The position numbers and the translations under genes are program-made. This document shows positions 37,072 to 50,100 of a stretch of 64,000 nt of DNA, piece by piece. Location of the stretch: the NCBI RefSeq assembly GCF_964355755.1, contig NC_092673.1, positions 29,881,648 through 29,945,647 of the forward strand, given 5' to 3'. The notes under the pieces are model-generated. The model saw only the letters and a list, made by a program, of their open reading frames with translations. It had not been told where the DNA came from and did not search any database. This DNA is from Antedon mediterranea. Its lineage: Eukaryota; Animalia; Echinodermata. The first letter of the stretch is position 1, and the number at the start of each line of letters is the position of its first letter.

Positions 37072-37639
37072 CCCCTGCCAACCATTTTTTTTAAAAAAAG
37101 AAGAAAATCTAAAACATTTTGTATACAGCAGCAAAGTTGAACTGTCAAAAACAAAAGAAACACTGTTTTCCTTTTTTCTTGTCAATTAAAATCCTTGGGC
37201 GAGATCTGACCCATGATCTCCAGATCACTAGCCATCCCTGATCACCAAATTCAATGAGAATGACTTTTTTAGCAGTGTTATGTCAGAGTAGGGCATAAAA
37301 TAGACTACTTTAGATATCTTATGAATAAAGATTTAAAAAGAAAGTCTTGTTCATCATGATCTCTCAGGTCATATGTTTTTAGGTGGTAATAAAGTGTACT
37401 AGTATTCAAAAATGTCAAAAATGGTATAGATAAACATTTGTAATCTTCATATTGTATTACAGTACAAAATGTTATAGGATTGTTTAATAGATTTAGGGTG
37501 AACTCACCTTTAGATGATTGTAACACAATGAATGCTGTATCTCTTAATTTTTCTGTACAAATAATGTATTGCATAATTATTTCTATTTATAAGCAAGATG
37601 AAAGTTTAAAACAGCCATCATAGAAAAATATTTTATTAA

Positions 37640-38070
37640 GACAAATTGGATTCATATAATGAAAGCTATAATCGTATCAAATTGTGAGTGTTTTTGCCCC
37701 TAAAAAAAGCTTCAGAAGCAAACCAGGGGTTGCAATGAAATTAGATAATTTATGTTTTAATTTGTGTAAACACAAAGGTTAAGCATCTTTTTTTTTAAAG
37801 TGTTATTTATAAAGATAAATTGGATTCATATAATGAAAAATAACAGTAGCTGAAATGTTTGCCAAAAAAGCTTCAAAAGCAAATCAGAAGTTGCAATTCA
37901 ATAATGTTGTTTTAATTGTAAACAAAAAGATTAGGTATCTTTAAAAAAAAATGTTTATTAAATTGGATTCATATAATGAAAACTATGGATTAGCAAGATT
38001 GTGAGAGCACACAGTGTTTTTCCCAAAAGCTTTAAAAGCATATCAGATGTTAATTGCATGTAAACAAAAA
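37640..38070. repeat. Diverged tandem triplication of about 150-175 bp
   Basis: AAATTGGATTCATA..AATGAAA recurs near 37643, 37817 and 37960. Confidence 0.7.
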
Positions 38071-40063
38071 TATCATTGAAGTTAAAATATTATGAAATGA
38101 TAATTGGGGTATAATTAATAGATAATAACATTTTCAAAATACAGTAACTGTGTTTTGACTTGTAATAAAATGCATATATTATCATGTATCGAGTTTGTGT
38201 ACAATTTTATACCCATTTGGGCATCTGCACACCAAACATACACATTTTATAGGATCCTTAATTTCAGGATTTTCATAAAGCAAATAGGAAAATCTTGGGT
38301 TTAAAAGGCTTGGTCTAGAAACCATCATTTAAACCGAACGTGTAAATGTGACATTATGGCATAGATTTGATGAATAAATAGAGCTTTGGCAATATATGAT
38401 TCAATAAGCATATAAAAACAATGTGGTTTAAAAAAGCATAATTTTATTTAAATCAAATAATTTCCTAATATAATAATTCCCAAAACCACTTATAATTTAT
38501 AAAAATCAAAACACTGGTGTATTTGATTGTCTTTAGTCCAGTTGTAGGATTGTTTTTATATTTCTAGACTTAAATACCATCTGTGAATTAGTTTACTTAA
38601 TTCTCCTGTTAAGTTTGGTGTACTGTAGTGATAACTATACTGTACACATCCACCAATGTATAGTCATATTTTAATACACTAAATTCTAAATTTTTCAGTG
38701 CAGTACAGAAGACTAGTTTATTTTAAACATATTTTTACAAAAAGAACCTGTCACACACTTAATATTAAATATTTATTCAGTCAAGCATGCATCAATTAAT
38801 TTGCATATTCTAATATATTCTACACTATAAAGTGACATAATATATCCTTACTAACCAAATCATGATCAGATTTCGGTGGGAAGTAAATTATAGTTTTGCT
38901 CAATGAAATGACAAATTATGATTACAACACACTACAATGCATTCTGTTGTATTTTGCAAATACGCAAAGAAAACACTAAGAAATACTAAAGTTTGCTCAA
39001 ATAGCATGTCACTACATTATATCATGGAATGTATAAGTACATTTGTATATGCTTTTTAATTGCATATGAACAACACAATATTGATATCAAAATTCACATT
39101 CAAATTGGTATCTAAAATGGATGATTTGCTAATAATAGTGGATTACAAGACTAGCATACATTGGTTAACACAGACAGGTATATTTGCTTTAATTTTGTCT
39201 GGTGATTTGGTATTTTACCTGTGGTGTAGGCCTATTATCATTGGAAGTGAATTAAGGTTGCTTACTAATGTAAACGGTATCCACCAATATCAACTAAATG
39301 CAGTTCTTGTTTGGTTTTAAACTGCACTACTCCTAATCAATAAAGTATATACTGTAAATATTTGCATATAAAAAGGGCTTAGTCAAACTGACAACAAAAT
39401 GTGATGTGCCCATATATAGACACGATGACGTCACATCACACTTTTTTCATAAAACTAGTTTAGACAGAGATTTAGTAAACCTAACCACATGATAAGTAAA
39501 GTAAGGGGGTACATTTTCCTGCTGCTGGAAAGCCAAGCCACAAATAAGTTTAAAAATAGGGACGACACACCTGGATTTAGTTTATTAAGATCCCACAATG
39601 TCAGAACCAGCATACACCCTCTAGTCACATTACACATTATACACCCTAAAAAATGATTTGCCATTGACAAATACAACCTTATTAAAACCATGCAGTGGCT
39701 CAGTCTATACACAATTACATTTGATTGTCAGACAGCAACAACCCCACTCTCAGTGGCGTAACAGCTATGAGCACTCACTGGCTAAACCCTGAGCAGTGCC
39801 CAGAGGCATTAAAATATGTCAAAACAGGCTAAAAATGCTCAAGGCCTCCAGCATTGGAGGGCCACTTAGGGTTCCTATACCAGGGGCATATAGGCCTCTG
39901 CGTTATACCACTCCCCTTCTCAAGTACCCTACTGAAATATAAAAAGCTTGATTTCTAGAGAGGCATCTGATCACGATTTCTAAACATGGCACCACGACTG
40001 TGAACAGCTTATGATCAGCTTTGCATGGCAAGGTATATACCAATAATTAGTTGGTTTGTTGTC

Positions 40064-43000
40064 CTACACTGATTGAGTTTGTAAATACTTCCCATAATTG
40101 TATTGTTCATGAGCACAAACTGGAAGTGACCGTGATGTGTCTCCGTACGTTTGGCCAAAACGGTAACGCATTTCTAGAAAAAAAAAACATAATAAGATGA
40201 TGCTGTTGGTTTAATTGTATGTAAATCAAAATGTAACCAACCAAAAACCTCATTAAAATGACAATAAATAATATCGCATGATTAGATTCTCATTATCCTG
40301 TGATCCACACCCACCCCCCTCAACAACTTTTTCAACAAAACTTCTGTACACTCAGGGGAAAAACCTTTTATTTTTGTTAAAAAACTGTTCATATTTGTTT
40401 CTATTAAATTTGAAAATGTAGTCTTTCCAGAAATACTTTGGGCCAGAATGGTTTTGGGAGAGTTTATTATAAAACTTAAGTTTAAACTTACGAGGTAAGT
40501 AGCCAGTGTACTTGGGAACCATTCCGATTGGCTTATATATTCTTCGCTGATTCATGCCTTGTTGATCGTCTCTGGTTGTCAATTGAAGACTTGCCTTAGC
40601 TTCACTATTAGATAATGTTGTGCTGTAGAGAAATATTACAGTTTTCATTTTGTGTACTATCTAATATGGTACGTGCGCAAATTAAAATGCAAAATTTGTT
40701 TTCCTAACTTAACCTTTTTAAATGCCTAACTAAATAGTAATCTGAAAAAATTGGGACTTTGAGAACAAATTCTATTTTCCGTCGCTTTCTGAACAATAAA
40801 ACTTTGATTTTGATGAAAAGTTTCTATTTCATTAAAAAACAATTCTCATGCTCTGGCATTTAATACAACAGAACAATTACAGTGTACTTCATATATATAT
40901 TGAATATGTTTATTTTCTTCTTTAACACTTACTTTGGTTGTAGCTGATTTTTAATCTTGGTTCGATGTAAAAGTGTCGAGTCTTGGAAATTACGTAGTGA
41001 TTTTTCACACATTTCATGGTAACGTGTACCAAGACCCAATTCGGTGACACTTTGCCGTGGAATAAAGCCACGATATCCAGGCATTGGTGCCTCTGTAAAT
41101 TTACGTTTGTCCTCTGTAAAAATGTCAGTAAAAAATAAATATAATTTACTTGTGAAGAAAACCTCATTAAATCTTGAACACTGTGTAATGTAAAAGTCAA
41201 GGGTCCTAGGTTCAAGTCCCGTCACATGTCAGGATTTTTTCTAAGGACAAAATTACAACTCCCTTACCAAAGACTTGTTTATGTAGAGCATTTTGTCTTG
41301 TCTTGTCTTGTCTTGTCTCCTCACCCTCATTAAATATGGTGTAAACAAATTTTATTTAAGCCTCAACCTAAATGTGGTAAGATGGCCAGTTCATTTTCAT
41401 GGTACCATCATGTAATGCAATCAATTAAAATATTAGTACTTTGACAAATTGTAATTTAGATATCCAATACAAAAACCTTATACAAACCTAAAAGTATTTT
41501 TCCGGTGGGGTTTCTATCTCGATACTGATTCAGGGATCTGATAACAACTTTGTCTGACGTGACTGGCTGAAGTCTGTGACCTAGCGATACCGACTTTTTT
41601 AATGTACCTATCTTCTGATCATGGTTTCTTGTGTTATTAAAAAAATCATCGATACAAACGTCACAATCTTCTTTGTATGTGTTTCCAAATTTGAACGGCA
41701 TTCTTGGTATATAACCTGAAATAAAGAATGGGCATATTAACATTTTTTCATAAATTATTTTAAAATGGAGCTGAAGCTCTGTCTATACTATCAACTTTAT
41801 GTGACAAAAAAAATGTGATGTGTTCATATACAGTATGGACACGATGATGTCATATTAGTTACTACCATATTTGGGCCCATCACACCTTTTTTTGTCCCTA
41901 GTTTGACAGACAACAACTGGTGGAAGTCCAATGCTCTAACCATATAAATATTATAGTGCATGACTTTGCCCCATAAAATAGATATTAAAAATAATCAAGA
42001 ATGAAAGTGACTAACCCATATAGCCTGGAACCATTTTCTCAGTGAGCTTGTTGTCACCAGTTGATTTTGGTAGCCTAAAAGGTGCATCTGATTGAGGTGT
42101 GTCATCTGGCCCACCCAGACCTAAGCCTCCGTATTGACGCTCTGGCTTGAAATCAATAGGCCATGTATCTGGGATTGTATGATGGTTTGTGTATGTCTGA
42201 AAACAAATACAGTATATGCATTGAGTGCAGAATATGTTTGGGCTTTAGCCTATATCAATCCTGGTTATTATTCATTGGTGGCAAAAAAAATATTATTTTA
42301 AAAAATTCATCGTCTAATGAAAATCTCAATTCAATTCCATTTAAAATATTTTATATAAAAGATTTTTGTATTTTATGCATAAATGTTATAAATTGATCGA
42401 ATTGAGATTGTCAATATAAACGATTACTTTATATTACTAAAAACAAACCTTGGCTAATTTGCTTGTTGATTTTTGTAGTTTATGCATATGATATAATAAA
42501 TAGAATTGAATTAAGATTGTTATTAAAATATGAATTTTGTGGAATTCGACCATAGAGATATCTCTATGATTCGACTAAAAAGTCAGCTAACAACAAACCT
42601 TGGCTAATTTGCTGGTTGCGTTTCCGTATGTGTCTCCAACATGGTACTTATACTGTTCAATGTATCCGTTATATCTGACAAAAAAATAAGCAATGTTTAT
42701 GTTTCAATTTTAATATTTCTACCATTGCCACAGAAGTTGTCAGTATGTAGAATATAGGTACAGTATTACCAAGGCAACCTAACAGGATGCTGAGCTTGAA
42801 ATAGGAACTCGTAACAGTTCTTTGATCTGGCTGCAACAAATACCAACAAAACTGAACTATACATATTCTGTGTGGAGTGCGGTTCCTGTTAAGGGGCGTA
42901 GAACTTATCCTGCCGCAGCCACAGATAAACCCTTTGATCTCAGGAGCTCAGCATCCGGTTGTTAGATTGCCTTTGGTATTACATACAGGAGAAAAAGTAT

Positions 43001-43548
43001 AACAAGAAGAACTGAAATTAAAATTCTGCTAAATATACCTATATGTTAAAAAGATTCATTCGGTTGGAATTACAAATAAAATGTAATAGTAAATTATATC
43101 TCAACAGTAGGTTATAATAGTAAATAACGTATCACTACACTTTGAGAAAGCCAACTGATGGTGGGCGAAACTATTATAACCTACGGTTGAGATATAATTA
43201 ACTATTACATTTTATATACCTATATGATTTTTATTGATATTTATGATATTATTTATATTATTTTTTAAATAGTACCTCAATGCTTAATAATAATAAATAT
43301 ATTATTTATTTTGAAACATCAGTAGTTAACCACAGAGCTTTACAAAAATGACCTGTACATGTTTCCATGGCACGCTTTACATGCAAGATTACATTACATT
43401 ACGAAAACAATATAACACATGTTCCATGCTGGGTCTAAAAACATAATTCTACTTACCCTGGGACTTGAGTTCCTGGTTTAAGTTGAGAAAATTCCCTGCG
43501 GCGATCTATATTCCACGTCGTGGAATTTTGCATATCTGTGTTCATCAT
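40064..43548 (-). CDS. SPMIP5: PGY-repeat ciliary/sperm microtubule inner protein, SPMIP5 (C10orf82)/FAM166-like
   Basis: Exons 43457-43548, 42599-42674, 42016-42196, 41488-41715, 40933-41113, 40492-40622, 40064-40173, all phase-consistent. Repeated VPGYNGYI, VPGYMGYIPR, MPGYRGFIPR, VPKYTGYLP. The segment LQPVTSDKVVIRSLNQY...EAPMPGYRGFIPRQSVTELGLGTRY resembles human C10orf82 as recalled. Confidence 0.78.
42768..42978. mobile_element. MITE with TIRs (second copy at about 1826-2023)
   Basis: CCAAGGCAACCTAACAGGATGCTGAGCT ... AGCTCAGCATCCGGTTGTTAGATTGCCTTTGG; interior shared with 1850-2023. Confidence 0.65.
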
Positions 43549-44103
43549 ATTGAAGCAATATAGTTGATAGATAGACTTCCCAGAAAAATAGTAATAAACC
43601 ACCGAGGCTGTAGTTTACGGCTAAATACACGTCTTTTATTGTGAATCACCGCACCACCAACCTGTGAACAACACAAACATTGCAGTGCTTGTTGTTGCTA
43701 AGTGCCAATTATTTGTTGCTAACGTCCTCTAATGATATGAATATTCATTGTTATCTACGACACTGCACTTAGAAAATTGGACACGTACTCGACCAATCAA
43801 AATCGCTTATTTTTGGCTCAGGGCACAAAGGGGCGGTACTTAGTTGAAATGTCAATAGCTTTTCTAAAATTCTGTATACGCTTGGTGAAAATGTGCATAC
43901 TGTGCCAAGGTTTTCTATTATGAAAGCTATGTTGTATAGAAAACAGGAAAAGACACGATCGAAAAAATGGCCTAACGTGAAAACTGCGGTATGTAATAAT
44001 ACCGGTAATCGCTTACCCACCCACCTTTGCTGAAATTCCTAGACAAAGAGTGATAATGGTTTAGTAACCCAAAATAGAAATAGAGGACCGGTTGCAGGTC
44101 AAA
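43549..44103. promoter_or_regulatory. Bidirectional promoter SPMIP5-like (-) / TRPV (+) with RFX X-box-like half sites
   Basis: Divergent ATGs about 555 bp apart. GTTGCTA half-sites at 43694 and 43715; a further GTTTCCATGGCAC at 43361 in SPMIP5 intron 1. Confidence 0.5.
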
Positions 44104-47100
44104 ATGGGGGTCACAGGAAGCTCACAGAAAGACGAAGATGACTCTGGAACCAAGCAGCAAATTGACGAAAACTCGACAGAAATTTACAGCCTTGTAAACT
44201 CAAAAGGTGGAGGCAGACTGGTGACCTTAGCCAAGAAGGCGATAGGGACTGGAAAATGGGATGAGTTTGAAGACACTATACGAAGTCCATTAGTACGTGC
44301 TTATTTATATGTCGGTGAAAATAAAAAGATACCAATTAAAACTCTTATTGAAATTCGACATAACACATGCTCAAGAAAAAGGGACAAGCTGATAACAGGA
44401 GAAAAAACGACGATTGGTAGGTGTAATTTTCTTTTCTTTTTCACCTAAATATTATGCACATGGGTCTATTCTTCAAACATTTAACCAATCAGAAATCACC
44501 TTGTTACAGGTGGTCTGTACAGAGAGCAATGCTGGGATGTTGATAAGAGAGGATCCGTTGGGGAGACAATTTTACACCTTTGCTTTTTGAACAAGACAAA
44601 GATACATATGGAATTAGCAATGAGACTTGTCACTGCTTATCCTACACTTATTAATGATATCTACACTAATGATATGTATTATGGTAAGTATTGTCTGAGC
44701 ATTATAATAAATGGATACAAGTTTGTCATTTCCTTTTACAAAATTATTATACTTGCATGTTCCATTGATTCATGAATAATTCATGAGGCAAATATAATCT
44801 TGTATTTAAAATAAACATAATAAAGATTGTCCCCTTGAAAATTTTTTAAACATTTTTTTTTTATTATTGCTAATAATCATTTTTGAATAACTCAATAATT
44901 ACTATTTAATACTTTGCACCAGGTGAGACCTGTCTTCACATGGCAATTGCAAATGATAATTTCAAGATGGTCCAATTTCTTGTTGAACACAATGCTGACA
45001 TCAACGCAAGATGCTGCGGCCATTTCTTTAGTACGGAGGATCAACTGAAGACACGATACGACACTTATGACCACGAGCATGTGCAAATAGCATTGAAGAC
45101 GGATTACGATGGGTTTGTTTGAGAATATGTAATGTTTAATTGCTTAGTATTCTAGACTGACAGTATCAATGATTCTAAAGTAAAAGGGGTGGAGGAAGGA
45201 GGGGCGGGTGGTATCTTTTTAATTGTAAATTAGTGGGGTGGGGCAAGGGACAGGATTTCTTCTTCATCAGTACAATGTATTTCTATCCCACTCAATTACT
45301 CTAATTAATTCTTTTCACTGTTCTTAATGGGAGATGGCTTAAGCCTGTGTATCGTATCATGATGAGTACTACTGCTGTATCTCATCTGCCACGCCCATAC
45401 AATCATCTAAGTCATGGGAAAACTAGAATACAGACATCAATTTGTAACATTAACATTGTTAAAACCATTTTTTATAAGTTTTCACTAATTCACTTTTTTT
45501 GTCTTTTTTTTAAGGGCCAAATATTGGGGAGAGTATCCACTGTCTTTTGCTGCTTCTCTAGGCTTTACTGACATTTTTCGATATCTGCATGCCAAAGGTG
45601 GTGACATGAACGCTCAAGACTCTAATGGTAACACAGCTTTGCATATTGCAGTCATACACAATCAACTGGTACTTTTTTCATTTCAATTATTAAATATGTA
45701 AAAACTAATGATCGGGTGATTTGGTTGATTGGTGGAAAGACGGGCGGATCGCTATCTAGAACCCAATCTACAGTAGGAAGTAACATAAGTTGATATTTAG
45801 ATTATTATAATATTTATAACAATTATTAAAGATGTATTGTCCCTTGAAACACAAAAAGATGAAGGTCAAAATATTCTAAATTTAAATTGGCCATATCAAA
45901 GTAATATTAAAGTTATTCACTTTAAGTTGAAAATTCGAGCCAAAAGCAACAAGTTTACGTAATTAACAGGTAAAATAGTTTGATTACATTTCGTCTGGAA
46001 AATCGTCGCGAGCGAAAGTAAACAAAGATTTAAACCACGAGTACGCATTATGCATGATGCTAATTAGGATTGTTTACAACTCGTTACGGTTGAGAAGGTA
46101 CTTTCACACAGATTGTGAGGAAGTTTTATAATTATGCATACAGACTAGCCAAACAAGCATGTTTCATTATGGGATATGTTTTGATCAAAAACTTTGACTG
46201 GAAGTCAAAGTTATTTTTTTAACCAAAAAACGTCTGTATTTCAGTTAAATGATTTTTTTTCCGACAAATTTTTGGTGATAGTTAATAACTATTATGATAC
46301 TTTAAAATGACCCACCTTTTTTCAAAATCTGTTATTTTTTTTTTTTTTATTAGTCAAAGGGACAATACATCTTTAACTAATACAGTACCATAAAGCTAGC
46401 AAGTAACATCAAGTTAAGTATATGCATGGAGGAAAATATAATTATTTTTTCCTCCATGGTATATGCTAAGTTTAGTATAAGTATATACTAAGTTTAAGTA
46501 TAGGTATATGCTAAGTATAAGTATAAGTTAAGTATAAGTATATACTAAGTTTAAGTACAGGTATATGCTAAGTATAAGTATATGTTTAGTATAAGTATAT
46601 ACTAAGTTTAAGTACAGGTATATGTTAAGTATAAGTATATATAGGTATATGCTAAGTATAAGTATATGCTAAGTCTATTCAAATTTCTGTGGTTTATGTA
46701 ATTTTCTGTTTTTACAGAACTACAATAACAAAAATAAAATATAATTTTTTCAGGAGATTTTAACGATAGCCTTTGAGCTTGGTGGTAACCTTGCAGTACA
46801 AAATAGACGAGGGTTTAGCTGCCTCTCATTGGCTGCTTACCTCGTGCGACCAGTCTTGTTTGAGCACATTTTGAATCTTGAGCGAGAGTTGGAGTGGAAC
46901 TTTGGAACTGTTACTTGTGCAGCGTATAATTTAAACAACATTGACAGCATCAACATGGATGGCACACTGAACTCAAAGTCAGCTATTTATACAATCGCTT
47001 ACAAGGTAACATTTTTTTTTAGGTTTGAATAACAAAAACATACCCGCAACAACACATGATGACAATCCATTGTATGAAATAAAAATAAAATCTGATTTCT

Positions 47101-50100
47101 TCTGTATTCTGTAGTATTCCATAAAGGAAAAAAAAAGATTGAAATATTTCAATAGTAATAGTTAAGCAACAACCTTATGCCGAGTACTGAAACTTATTTT
47201 GTCTTACATAAAGTTATTCATTCATTCATTTTACTTTTATTTCGGAAACGGCAACCATAGTTACAAATTCAATTGCATAAATAAGTTTAATTAAAAAGGC
47301 AGACACAAAAAGACACCGGTATCAGATCATCTCAGGATCTTCATCATTTTGTTATGGAGCCTAGATGATTCAAATGATGATACCATAATACATTCTATCA
47401 TTTCATTTTTGATTGCTGACATTCACTAACAATGACAAGACAATTAAGCAATCATCTTATCAATATTCATGTGACTTAAGTGAGATTTTCCATTAAATAC
47501 CAAGTACTTTCAGGATTTTACTTGTGTTTTATTCACTTGATATGAGAATGTGGAATTAGTGTAGGATGCTGGGTCTGTGTTACTCGGTATTAAACTCTAC
47601 CTTTTTGTTCCACAGAGTGGTATGGATAGACTGCCAATGTTGAAAGGCCTTGTCTTTCACATAATAGAACAGAAATGGAAGACATTTGCTAAAGTGCACT
47701 TCATTTTCAGACTGGTTGCCTACATCATATATTTGTTGTGTTTTTGCACTTCATTTTATCTAAGAGCAGGAAAGGTATATATACTTGAAAGTTTAATTTA
47801 CATTCACATTTAATTTGTTTCAAAACAGTGTACCAGAGGCATTTACACTAAGTACAGGATCCTGGGTTTAAGTCCCGTCACATGTCAGGATTTTTTCTAT
47901 AGACAAAATCACAACTCCACTCCCAAAGACTTGTAATAATACTTTGTTTATGAAGAGCAGCTTGTGTATATGTTTGTCTTGTGAACCTCTGGGGGTCCCT
48001 AATGATCAGCAATTGCTGGATGGATTCACCCTCATTAAATATGGTTTAAAAAAATATATATATATATATCCATAGAAAATGTATAGGTTATTTTGAAATA
48101 TCTATTACAGTACTCTATATAGTAGTACAGTATTACGGAGGATCACTCAACTATAATTCCTAAAGGCCATGACATTTGTGAGTGTGTTTATACTCTGATT
48201 GAATTTATCAAAATGTTGTGTTCCAATTTATCCTACATTGTACTTGAGCATGGGACTATACACTGTCATATACAATATTATTTTTAATTAATTATTAACA
48301 GGCTTCACAAGAATTTGCACAAGATGGTACAATGAACAATGAAACTGTTCAAGACCGTTGTTATATACTGCAAGCCGATACGGGAAAAGATGTTGTAAGT
48401 AACAACATTTATTGCTGTAGATATATTTCTGACCATGGCATGGAAGACACAAAATGATATATATATAATACAATTCCTTCTCAAACTTAAGTTATACATT
48501 TTCGTAGTTTTTAATCTTTCTCAGTTTGCTTTTTTTTTTTTTTAATTTGTCCTTATGTCTAATTTTTTGTGTGTATATATATATATATAGTATAAGCCAG
48601 CTCTTATACTATGACATTATCCAAATTCCTTCACTTGCACTGATGAAGGGCTAGTGTTGCCCGAAAGCTCTGCTAACTTTTCTGGCTGTTTTACTTATCG
48701 TTTTGATTTAGCTTTTCGCTTTTTTTTGTATATCCATTGAGATCCAGCCACTGATACCCACAGCATTGTCATTTTGTCAGTTCTTATTTTATTTGTATCT
48801 CCATTGAGATCCAGCCACTGATACCCACAGCATTGTCATTTTTTTAGTGCTTTTTATTGGTATCTCCATTGAGATCCAGCCACTGATACCCACAGCATTG
48901 TCATTTTTCAGTGCTTATTTTTTTTGTATCTCCATTGAGATCCAGCCACTGATACCCACAGCATTGTCATTTTTCAGTGCTTATTTTTTTGTATCTCCAT
49001 TGAGATCCAGCCACTGATACCTACAGCATTGTCAGTGCTTATTTTATTTGTATCTCCATTGAGATCCAGCCAATGATACCCACAGCATTGTCATTTTTCA
49101 GTAATTTTCCTTTGGATTTATATATGTATGTGTATGTATATGTTAGAAACTATGTATTAGAAACTTAATGGCGTTAGGAATAGGTTTCTGCTGTGGTTAT
49201 ATTACTCAGTTTTAACATTAAACCTATATGTCATGAATGTTCAGTTATGTGTTCTTTTTCTAGGTACGTATAGTTTGTGAAACCTTTTCATATATAGGCT
49301 GTGTCTTTTACTTACTCTTTGGATTGATTGAGGTTAGGCAGCATGGAAAAGATGCCAAAATGTTTCTGGTAACATACTATGTTCATTTCTTTCAATCAAT
49401 CAATGAAAAGTTTAAAATACTGACTAATAGTAAGATAGAGTTCATAAATTTATTAACCAGTACAGTTTTGTCTAGCTACCAGCTAGATGACGTCAATCAA
49501 TCAAATCAAAATCAGATGAAATTGTTTTCACTGACTAAGGCTCTGTCTACACTATTAAACTAGTTTGACAAAAAAGTGTGATATGCTTGAATATGGTAGT
49601 GATATGACATCAGCATGTCAATGTATGGGCACATTATATTTCAGATAGTGTAGACATAGCTTAATAATGTTATACTTTTCCTTTCAATCATGTTAAACCG
49701 TGTAAACTGAAGAAAACATGACTAAAAAACTTCAATATTATCTTCATTTCTAACAGTTGAAAGCACCAGCCCGTTGTCTGTTCCTCTTCTCCTGTTTCTT
49801 GGTTCTTCTGAGTCTGTTTGGTCGCATTCCTCCATGTGCACCCCATTATGAAGATTCTCTTCTTATTGTTGCTGTTTTAACATCAGTTCCTTACTTTATG
49901 TTCTTTTTAAGGTAAACAAACTTTACAGAGTCATTATATTACTGCTTAGCTCCCTGATGCCGTTTAGGTACTCCACTGAGTTAGTACAATTGTTATCTAT
50001 TAATATATTTAACTAAAAGACATTAGTTTAGGGCCGTATCCACCAGTACTGTAAGGTTTCAACCTGGCCACTTTTATACAGAGGCCTTTGACAACCCAGT

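Noticed and set aside
36934-37185. WGSQR / GGVLR repeat ORFs
   Set aside because: 15-bp tandem repeat downstream of the AhpD-like stop codon.
48729-49102. CRISPR-like appearance of regularly spaced repeats
   Set aside because: The inter-repeat parts are variants of one T-rich sequence, not unique spacers. The context is a eukaryotic intron with no cas genes.
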